IMG/VR virus record: IMGVR_UViG_3300023296_000219
Coordinates: 1 to 57,915 of that record
Source: a virus
Lineage: Duplodnaviria > Caudoviricetes
Reading direction: 5' to 3' (one strand)
Length of the DNA: 57,915 nt
Shown: one piece after another, positions 10,501 through 22,500 of the stretch
How the letters are laid out: every line of letters begins with the position of its first letter
Position numbering within the stretch: position 1 is the first letter of the stretch
Program-made: the position numbers and the translations under genes
The notes under the pieces: model-generated
Databases searched by the model: none
Seen by the model: the letters and a program-made list of their open reading frames with translations, nothing else
What the model was told of the DNA's origin: nothing

Positions 10501-13500
10501 TGCTTAGTATTGCTCTGTACCCACCTAACTTGAAAGCCATATCAACTATAGCACTTGTAGTTGGTGTTTGTGTTAAACTAAACTCCGTATTTGTGTCTGC
10601 GCTAATCGGTATGATTGCATCAGAGATGTCGTTTAATCGTACCCAAGGACTACCAGTACCTGTCATCACACCATTGTCTGTTAGTAAGTCATAAGCACTG
10701 CCACCTGGTGTTGTTGCAATAGTAAAGTGTGTTGCGTCTACTATTGCTTTGATGTAATACTGATCGCCAATGATAATGTTTCCTAAGCCAATGCCAGAGA
10801 ATATGATCGGCATATTAACCCACAACGATGAAGTATCTAAACAAGTGATTTCATTTGTTGATGACGAGGTAGTTGAGCATGAGACTGAGATGTAGGTAGT
10901 TTTATCATCTGGGTCTGAAAAATCTCTAACATAGTAAGTTGTACCAGTTGCTAGTCCTGAACCAACTGGAACAGTATTGAATTCTAATGGCATACCAACG
11001 TAAAAATTAATTGTTCCGTTATCTAAATTGCTTAACGCAATTCTATCGTTTGTACCTTCCCCAACATCACCCTCGAGAGTAGCATAACACGCTCTATCGA
11101 TTGTGTTTGATAATACACCAGTCGTAATATCAGAATAGAACGAAGAGGTATTATAAAGTGTAAACTGCTGACCAGTAACTTGTCCAGGTGCTATTGGCAA
11201 TGACACATTCATTGTCATTGCGCCGGTTGCTGTTGTTAGGTCCAACGTATCTTTTTGATTTCCTAGTAAAGCAGTAGTAGAAGTTGCTACGCCAGTGCCT
11301 GCGCCCACTCCGGTTGCAATGAACACTGTACCTACAGTATTATTGATTGCGCCTATGTCTGTGAAGATCGTTGTTCCTACAGTGACAATTTGGTATGTGT
11401 TACCAATCGTGAATGATCCCGCGTCAATAAGAAATGCATCAGATAATGCTAATACGCCAGCATTTATCTGTGTTGCTATTTTTAATTCAGTATCTGACAC
11501 AACTTCATTGACGTAGTATAAAGTACCCGATACAATTCCGCCATACGATAATGCCACTAAATTCGTAGATAAATTACGCATGTTGTTAAAGATAACTGCA
11601 TCGTTAACTGCGAAGCCTGTTGTACTAGACACCGTGACTACATTCGTGGATGTAGTTGTTCCTAAAACAGTAGTACTAACTGATGTCGCTGATGCACCGA
11701 GAGTGATAGTTTCATTATCAACCACTGTAGTTACATAGTAAACATCATCTTCTAAAATGCCACCGAAAGTCGTTCCGGTAAAGAATAATGGAATGCCTGG
11801 ATAGAAGCCATCAGTACCACCTGTACCTATAATACTTTGTGGGATTGTGATTTTATTTGATGTCGATGCTGTAGCTGTGACTATTAACATACCTGGATAG
11901 TTTAATGTCAAAACGGCCGTGTCTGTTACTTCACCTGCAAATGCATCTATACCAGATAACGGTGCCGTTGCATCGGTTACTACAAATGTTGTTCCACCAT
12001 TAGTGGCGCTGATTGTAAACTCAGTTATGCTATCAACAGACTTGACATAGTAGACTGTACCTGCTATAATATTACCTATAGTAGCACCAGAGAACTTAAT
12101 CGGCATACCGACAGTGAAGCCAATTGTTGAACCAGATGAGTTTACTGCACCTGTACCCTCATCATATGGATTCAATGTAATCTTGTTTCCGGTTGCGGTG
12201 GTGTTTGTAACTCTACGGGCAAAGGTAGTGTACAATATGTCTTGGTTATTACTAATATCTGCTATTTCAAATATTGCGCCTTCAGCCGAGGCCGCAATCG
12301 AAGTAATTGGAGGTTGCGATGCTTGCAATGATATAGAAGAAGACGATACATTCTCGCTATTAAAGTAGCCTCCTGCGAAGAATGATCCGTAATATACATT
12401 TGTTTCCCAATCGGTGATTTGACTTTTGTAAGTAGTTCTATCGAATCGCATCGCGAGTTGATTTTGTCTCACCGGTGATGAACTGGTAATTGCTGATGCT
12501 TTCGCGCCTATATTCAATGCGAAGTCCCCATCGACTGTACCAGCGACAAGTTTAACTCTGCTTGTTTCTGTTACTGCATCATTGTAATTTGTGTACAATG
12601 CAACAATCGTAGTCGGGTTTGTTTCAAGTACATTGATATAATACCATTGGTCGTTTACTAGCTTGCCAACTGCCGCGCCAGCGATTGCATCTTTGTATTG
12701 TATTAAATCACCTGTCATTATATTAGGAGCAAACAGTTTAATCGTATGTAATGTAGAGTTGATATCTGCGTTTGCAAAAAACAACTGGTCTGCGGGAGCA
12801 ATTCTGATTTCTGGTAAAACAGCGTACCCTTCGCCAGGGTTTATAACGTTCACGCTGATCACTGAACCAACGCTCATCACTGCTTCGAGTTGTGCTAATA
12901 CCCTAGGTTCTGGGTAGTTTGTTGTATCTATGTATGCTGTAATTTCTGGAGGTTCGATATAATTCTTGCCACCATCTAAAACTATTACTGCAGGAAGATC
13001 CATGAAAACTTTTGCGCCTGGTATGTGTGCAACTGCTGTAGTTCCGTTAATGCCGCGTTGTAGTCCACTCAGTAAATTTAATGCACGATCAACAGACGAG
13101 TAACCGATAATTTCTGTACCAATTTGAATTATTCCGTTAATCGGGAAGCCCTGTGCGTTGTCAACAAACAAGAATGTTGAACCAAGTGTCATGTATTCTC
13201 CCAATACAGTTAGTTGGTAATCTGGAATACCCGTGATTGACACGCCGTAATTATTATACCAGCTAGTATATTGAGGACTAGACCAAATCGGATCAATTGG
13301 TAAAAACTGTGCGTTCGAATTTGCATTTTGATAAACTAATTGAGGAGAAACATACGACAATGAACTAGTCTGATATTCGGCAGGTAGATCAAAATCAGTA
13401 ACATTGCCTTGCCAGGTATCTAACCCTGTGTACTTAAACAAGAAGTCTTTAATAACTACGTGATAAGGTTTTGCTTCGTTAATATAACCTGCTAAGAAGT

Positions 13501-16500
13501 CTTGGTTATCACCTTGATAGTTTTGAATTGGTTCTAAGTCTCTGATCACATGTGATACATCAACCAGAGATGTTTTGGTCAACCAAGGTAAGTAATTCTG
13601 TGATTCATCTGTTTCACTTTGAATGTATTCAAACAAAATAATCAACGACTTGTTTCTAAATGATACAAGTTCATCAATATAAATTTGTTCGTTCAACGCA
13701 CGAATAATCCAACGTGTTTCTTCACTCGGATAATCATCATATGTGTCTGTATCAAAGAAATTCTCTCCGAAGCCTGTTTTGCCTGCGGCGTAATCCCATA
13801 AATATATTTTGAATTTAATCGTGCCATTTTCTAACCCGATGCGAGTCCACACACCATTACCATCAAACCGATATACTTCCCACTTGCCATTTCCGTTTGT
13901 TTCAACAGTCACAATAGTACCTGCATCAACCACAAGTGCGGCCAAGTCTGCATAGATTGCTACTGATGCTGTTGACTTAGTGTTATTATTGTACTGTCCA
14001 ACTGGGTTGGTAGTAGGCAGCCACCAGTTAACATATTCCCAGTAAGTTGTCGTGTCATAATATGTACCTGTCTTGGACAGGTATGTCGCGTCTTGTCGTG
14101 TTTCAGCTATTGGAAATTGTGCAAGTACTGTGTTTGCATAATTTAAGTAATTTTCTAAGCCTAGGAATCTACTAAAGAAGAAACTCTGTCTTGGTCGAGA
14201 CAATACACCTGACTGAACTGCTTTCGGTAAATATGGATTCGGTACTACTTCTCCAATTTCATCCACCCCTGACAGCGAATCTAATAAACGATCATATAGT
14301 CCACGTGGGCTGTTTGAAGGTGTTTGTACGCCAAACTTTGGTAGACCTGGTAAGAAGTCATCAGAGAAGTTTGCTCTAATTAAATTAAATTCTTGATGAG
14401 AAGGATCATCGTTGTTTCCTGTTGCAAAGCCTATATGGAAAACACTGTCAGTATTATTAACATATTCGCCTGTGTTATATAGAGCAAATGTGTTCTGCAA
14501 TAGTGGAACAAAGTATGCGATACCAGACAGTCTTGGATTTCTAATATAGTTTTCTAATGTAGTATCACTGAGCGTTTTGCCTTCGGCCGACATTACTGTG
14601 TCAGTATTGAGGACCCAGAAATAGTAAGTAGGGATAACGGTGTTTGATGCATTCAATGATGCTTCAACACTATATTGTGTTAGACTCCTAGGTGTTCCAG
14701 GACCTGTGTATCTGTCAGGAGAAACATTACTTCTAACCCACGTGCAAACAGAAACTCGCGAACCAGGGAAGACTCTTCCCCAATGTCTAGCATTGTACTC
14801 TACATCATTTTGGTGATAGTTTAACCATCTCACATTAGTTGTATCAAACCAAAGATTTCCTACTTGTCGAATCCCCCAAATAAGTCCTGCATTAACGCCA
14901 CCAAGTTCTGCATTGTAGTATGCTGGATCGACGTTGTTAACAAAGTCTAAGTTTTCTCTGACTGCTCCTAGCAATTTACCTTGCATAGGATCGATGTAAT
15001 CTAAATTGATTAACGTGTCATTTGTTTCTGCACTATAAATTTGTGCGTTTTGTATTTTATTAATATCAACCACCGCTGATGATTGTCTATGCAATGCCCA
15101 ATCCTTAAGGCCGCTTGCATTTTCATATACTGTGATTTGACCTTCTAAATCTCCGTAACTTAAGTTTGGTGTACCGATAACAACTTTGTTGTCAGAAAAA
15201 TCTAATGATGTGCCGTATAATGGTTGGAAGCCATAGTTTTGATCTGTGTTGTTTATGTTTTGTGCATAGACAAATTTACCAGAATTAGCGACTGAGCCAT
15301 TGTAGTTAGCAAGATAATCATACATGTATACTGCACCAGCGTTGTCCCACGTATCGACAAAGCGTGTTGCGTTGTTATCAAATAATGTATCATTGTCTAA
15401 ATTCGAGTCATCTATAAAGTCGAATGTCGTTCCTAAATAGCGAGTTGATGCTGGAGCTGAAATAACAACTGAGTCACTTTCATTAAACTCAATTGTATTA
15501 CCAAATAATGTTCTGCTCTCATTGTGAGGGGCAGTAATAACTTGAGTGTTTGTGTAAACAGGGATGCCTAATTCACCGAATGTATCCGTGTTTGGCGCCT
15601 GTAACAGAAGTTTTTCGTTAATCAATGCTAAATTAGTATTAGTAACCGAGATGACAAGTTTGTTATCTACCGTTGCAGATGCGACTACGTTTGTTATAGA
15701 GTACTCGTTAATAAGGCTTGCAATTTCTGTTGCAGTTGAACCACTCACTAGTTGGACAAGATAACCGTTGATTAATAATTTTCTGTCAGCGGTTAGAGTG
15801 CAATCACCAGTGCCGATTACTGTGCCATACTTGCCACCGCCATTTGTATATCTGTAGACTGATCCATCAGTCTGTACTTCACCTGCAATTCGAATTTCTC
15901 CAGGTGCTCCTACTAATATTTCGCTTCCGAACGATGTCATGGCATTATCATAGCCAAACTGTGTGCCTACTCTTTCGTCGAGTGAAGAGTTCATTGTTTG
16001 AACCCAAGTGAACACATTGCTACCAACAGTAACAATATCACCTGCTATAAGTGATCCGAAGTATCTAAAGATTGTTCCGATAGATGCATAATTGTTGTCA
16101 TCGACAAATGTGCCATTGACTGAAACGTGTAACGAATCTGCTTGATCATATAGTATAAAATCAGCGGTAGCGTCATCGACAAGTGTGATCACATCAATAG
16201 TTGATCTGGTTGTTTTAAGTGAGAACGATTGTGCTGAAATATATTGCATGTAGTATACTTGATTAGGGGATATACCCGAATCACCATAAGTTCCACCTAC
16301 ATTGAACACGACAGGTCTATTTGTAAAGTCTGCCGTTATCGCAGTGCCTACAAAGGTGATTACGTTGCTGGTTACATCGTTTGCTGTTCTAGCGACATGC
16401 AATGTGGTCCACGCCTGATTAAAATTATACGGTTGTGCTGGCTGAGCATTGTATTGTGTTTCAATGTTTTGAACCAAACGTGAATAGATATAGTTGCTAC

Positions 16501-19500
16501 CCCAATTTGATTTTGCAGTCGGTGATGCTTTGTTAGGAGCACTAACAGAAATTGTATCTCCGTTGTTGTCAGTTGATATGGCATAACCAAAGTTGTCGCC
16601 TGTAATAGCACTGACAGGTGCAGTTGAGCCTTCTATCGTAGTGGGTAAAGCCTGATATGTTATTTGATTTGCTGTTCCTGTACCGGAACCAACGCCAGTT
16701 GCAACAAAAACAATACCGACTTTGTTGTCTAATGCACCGATTGCTTTCCAATCTGTTGTGCCCACGCTTGTAATTTCATATGTTTCAGTTGTTTCAAAGA
16801 ATCCAGCAAGTAATGGTATGTGTTGTCTACGATATGCACGAATTCTACCACTGGTCGTTGTGTCACCAATATAGAGCCATTCTTTATCATCACTTAGGGC
16901 AATGCTATCAGCATAGTTACCAGCGAATGTAATTGTTTGTAGCAATGTAATGTCATCGCTTAAAACTGTATCATTTAATGTGTAGATTCTAACTTTTGAT
17001 TGCGCTAAGCCTGATGTACCGTTGTCTGGTTCAGTAATAACAAACAGATTACCTGAATATTCAATTTTACTACCGAATGACAGACTACCTGTTAGTGTGC
17101 TACCTACATCTAAATCAAATTCTTTAGTAGCAGTGTTGTATCCATAACGATAGACCTTGCCTGCTGTCGAATCACCTATTAAATAACCCATTCTAGCTGT
17201 ATATGCTACTGCACTACCAAATGTTTGTCCATCAGCACGATTTAAATTCTTTGTTAAATCATAATTAATAGACTTTCGATAAACGCCCCACTGACCATCT
17301 GTTGCTTCGTCTACCCAAACAGTGTTTTGCGTAAACTCTGCTTCGTTTAAATCCATTGTGTTGATATCAGCAGGTTTAGCTACTCTTTGATCAACAAATG
17401 TCAAGCCGATTCCGTTGCCAGCTAAGTTCTGTGGTTGCTCTGCTAGTGTTAGATTGATTGTTACTTCAGTTAGAGTATTAACACGTGTTATGATATGATA
17501 TCCATTGACCGTAGATGATACGTTAATGAATGACACTGGATCTAATTTTGACAAACCGTGAGGATTAGCAAATGTAATTGTAGTTGTATTATCTGTGTTG
17601 GGTGTCACTGCTGTTACTCTGCCCACTGGCTTCCATGCATAAACTCTCCAGTTTTCTTTGAAGTTTGCTAACCAAACAAAATCTCTTACATAAAAATCAT
17701 TGATTGGTACTGGAATAGCTTCTGCATTTCTTGCAGTTGGTAAATTTGCATAGTAGTATGATGCCATTTTAACATCATTGTAGTTGACAAACCCGGCTGT
17801 AGGATATAAACTAAGAGGAGATTCTACTCCAAGCGTCGATAAGATTTGCGGCGATGTAATAGGTCTTGAATAATTAAACAAGTTTCCAAGAGGCACTTCT
17901 TGTTGAGAGCCAATAGTCGGTGTACCAGTTGTCAGTGATACGATAGAAGGATTACCTGTTAGTTTTGTTTCATTCAATTTGAAATCAGCAAAGTTATTAT
18001 TTAATGTGCCACCGAATTCACCTGACAGGATTCCCCAGTTTTCGAAAACATCATAATCAATTCCGCCTGTTGCTAATTTAGCACCCTTAAAGGCAGAGAT
18101 TGAATTTGGCGTACCCTTTGTTTTAATTAAGTTTTTATAGACATTGACTTGTGTAATGTCAGTAAGATTAATTGTAGCCAGATAATCTCTTGGTCTAAAT
18201 CCAATTAGAGAGAAAGACAATTGGTCTGCATCTGATTCTAAATTTGCTTTAGTACTGTCATAGTACAACGTACTTTCGTAAGAACGAGTTGATGAGTTAG
18301 GTAATAAGCCTTTTTGTATCTGATCGTAATCTGTTTCAACCCAATCAAGTTCTGCAAATACTGCCGATGGTTCTATTGTTTTGATCGCTGTCCAATATTT
18401 GGCTTTGTAAGTTACGATTGTGCCCTTAGCATATTTCATAGCTGGTACCCATTCAACAACATTGTCTTGGTTGAGAATGAAGCCTGATGCGAACACTGTA
18501 CCGTTCCATTCAGCGGTCTTGCTTCCTCGAAGGTAAATGCGAGACTGTCGCAGACCAGTAATTAAGTTGTAAAGTACATCATTGAATACAGTTGTGTTGT
18601 CGAATACGATGCCGTGTTCCATGTTGCTTAGATTAAACTGTCCGTATGACATTGTATCACCAGAGTTCAAAGTTTTAACTTCGAATTTAGTATCTAATCT
18701 TTCAATCGCCAAGTCTTTGATTGCAATGGGATATGCATTTTGATTCAATAAGAAGTTGCTTTGTTCAATAGTTAATGGCTGAACAATCTCACTATCTTTT
18801 TCAATTTTTAAAGATTGTGCTGATGGGTTCACTGTGATCAACGATCCATTTTCCCAATTAAATTGCGTCCAGTAGAGATATTCTTTGATCATTATATCCC
18901 AGTTGATTTCTACTCCATTATCGATAGAGTCAAATACCATACCTTTGCGAGTTAACCAATTACCGTAACTTGCAAGAAATTGTGCGAGTTCTTGTATAGT
19001 ATAGAACTGTGTTCCATATGGAATAAGTTTTTCTTTTGTTTCGGTTTGTGTATATGCATTTGCCACTTTTACCGAAGCATTATCAACTGCAATCGTTCTA
19101 TTATTGCTGATTGTTATAGGTTGATCTATTGTAAAGTATGCTTGACTTTGCGAGTTACCGAATACTTTCCATCCATTGGATACTAATTGAATCACAACAC
19201 TTGAATATTTCAAGTCCCCACTAGGTTGGTTGTCATGCAATAGAACATTGTAACTTTCGTCGGGTAAAAGTAATGATGCATTGTCAGAATTTGGTGTTGC
19301 TTTCTCGACAAAGAATTTTAATAATGTTTTGTCACTGAAGCCTGCTAGTCTATAAATTAGACGAACATCTACGTTTCTTAACTGACTAGTGATCTCGGTG
19401 GTTGCATCAGTACCTTGTTGTTTTTCAAAATCCACAATCCAGTTGATGTAACTCGTTTTTGCTGTACCGTCGCCATAGATTGATATCGCACTAATATCTA

Positions 19501-22500
19501 AATGACTTCTATCATTTGCTAGATATTGATTGAATTCTGTGCTATACTTGTAATTATCTAGGTCTGCGCCCAAGTTAAAGAAGTCTGCTGGTTTGGTTAA
19601 TGCAAATATTCGCATCAAATCAAAAGGATAAGATGCACTTCTTCTGTATGAAAATTCTGCTGGTGCGTCATCGCCGACTTTCCAATTTTTCTGGAATGTG
19701 TTAGTATCGTAATTTCCCAACAGCGCATCAAACGGTGACAGCAATGTTCCATGCTCATCAACTGGTAAGATTTTAGATAAACCGGTGCGTTTCAATTCAG
19801 GTACGGTTACTGATAGTGCAGTACTACCGTTATAGATGAGACCAGCTTCGATGTCTGTCCACATAATACCGTTTTGATTGGTGTAAGGTGCGGGACCATA
19901 CTGTGCAGTCCACCATGATGGTATTTCGGAGAAGCCTAACATCTCCCAAGGGGCCGTATTTGGCTGTGATGTGCCGTAGAAGTATTCATAGACACCTCTC
20001 CAATAACCTTGAGTAATTGGGGTTTCTGTTAGTCTGTTCCCTTGTTCTGAATAGTTAAAACTAAACTGGTTTGTTTTTGTATAGCCTGTTTGAGTTTTGT
20101 AATCAATTCTATTTTGACCAGCCCAGTTTAAAAACTGCGAACTGTAAATTTTTAAATAGTCTTCGGTAGAGTATGTTGATGCTCTGAAAAAGCCCGGTAA
20201 CACTTCGTATGCTTGTATAGGAACGACAGTGCTTAATTTAATGTTGTTGTATATTCTAGTTTCAAATTCCAACAGTGCTTGATCTCTGAAGTCAGTCAGA
20301 CCTACTGCAGGTGTGTAGTCTAAAGAATACAATGAGGTATAAGAACCATCATGTCCTCTTAACATGTAAGTAGGTGTTTGATAGTTAGAATCTAATACAA
20401 CTTCAGGTTTCCATTTAGGATACATGCCTAACTTACTAGGCGTATTGGGTACAAACGATCCATATGTTTGTGTGTACTCATTGATCGTGATCTTGTCACC
20501 AGCAATTAAGTCTTCTGTAACTGTCAATGAAGGTGCAGATGTTGAAACTGTATAGTCTACATTTCGCACTAATTGAGTTGTCTTGGTTACGCCCGATACT
20601 GTTCTTATAAGATAAACTAAAACTCCGTTATAGTTTGCTTTAGTGAAGTCATATGTTTGCGACAATGGATAGATAGACTCTTGCAATGCATTGGCGAATG
20701 TATAGATGTTTGACTTATGTGGTGCTTGCGACGGAAGCATATCACTCCAGAAAAACGAACCAGTTTCAGATTTTGCTGAAGTAAGTTTTTCTAATGCCGT
20801 GTCTAATATATAACCTGGATCAAATCGTTGGTCCCAATCGATGTCATTGACTGTTTTAACCAATTGTTGTTTGTACTGAACATACTGATGTGCATTAAAT
20901 TGTAATGCATCGAACAAATTATGATTTGATCTGCGCAGGAACACACTTGGCAATACCACCGCCGCAGAGTTTTGAATAATTTTAGTGCCATATGGAGCTA
21001 GATTACCTAAATCTCTGTAATTGTTTGAGCCAAAGACTGCTCCTGCTGTGCCTGGAGCATTAACGAATATGTCTTGATATTGTGATCTAATGTCACCAAG
21101 GTCTGCTATCTCTAAATCAGCATTGAATGGGTTGTTGCTTAAATTTATAGGTATGCTATAATAAGCAGTTTCCGATGTTTGGTTGCTCAACAACAAGATT
21201 TGTATAGGGGTATCTGTTGTCGGAGCTGTGTTTAATGTCACTGTAGTTTCAGTTGCAGTTGATGTTATTGTGTATGCACTAGGTAACTGGTATACGTTAT
21301 TAATATATACTTGGGCAGATGGCCACTTCTCAGTAATAGTAACATCATCTGCTAATACTTGAACGTCACACGTGAAAGAGGCTGTGGACCCTGTATTATA
21401 TTCTAGTTCAAATATTTGATACTGAACTGAGGGGGCAATGGCAGTTTGCCAGCCCAATTCACGTGTTTTCGTTGTACGATCAGAGTAATTATATACATAA
21501 CCCGTATTGACTTTTGCCGTGACAGGTGTCGTTCCAGTCACATAAGAAAAGATGTCAACATTCAATGATATATCAAAGCTAATATCGCCTGCGTTACTAA
21601 TATCAGAATAACGAACTGGGAATCCTAATATTGGGTCATTAGTGCCAACACCAACACCATATGCAAACAATTTGTTACCCAAAAACGAAGTTCCTTGATA
21701 AATTGTTGCATCGCCAAACGAGATTCCATCCTTATCATAGATGTCGAAAAGAGGAGCCTGGTTAACAGTTGATTTTTGCTGTGCTTCTTGCCATGATAGA
21801 CCGTCAAACCAGAATGTAGAACCTTGATAGTTGAATCCTCTGAGGGCTACAGTTTGATTGTCTGCATTAATAGGAGAGTCTTCTGATTCTGTTAATGTAA
21901 TAACAGCTGGTGATCCAAACGAGATCACTGAAAAGCCCACGACCCATATTTTGTTTTTAACTTGTAAATTGGTGTCTGATGCGAAGACGATTCTCGCTCC
22001 ACTGAACAACGCATAGTTGTTAACTGTTGTGCCGCTACCAACAATAGATGCTACAGTAGTGCTTGCGAAAGTAGATGGTGAAGACCAACCGACAGTCAGA
22101 ATTGTATTATCTCCACTGACTACACTTGTCGTAATCGTAGTATTAATCGGCAACAAGTTTGTTGAATCAGTAATGTATTGCCCAACTTGTAACGGCGAAG
22201 TAATGTCCGTGGTTGCAATGGTAATAGTAGTGGAGGTTGCGCCGGAGCTTGCCGCAATGGTCGCAGTGTATAATGTATATGATTCTATGTCAGGATAATA
22301 TTGTGCTTGATTGGCTACTTTATCAAAGGCGTTGGTGGTTCTTGTGTCTACGAAGTCAACTGGTGCTTTTGCTTCCGACCCTGAATCGAATAGTTTTAAA
22401 TTTGGATAGAATTCAACAATCGGTCTTTTTGCTTTTGCGGCACCCGTAGCATATGTTGTAATAATTGTAGGGTCGTTATTATACGTAGCAGTAGCATTTA

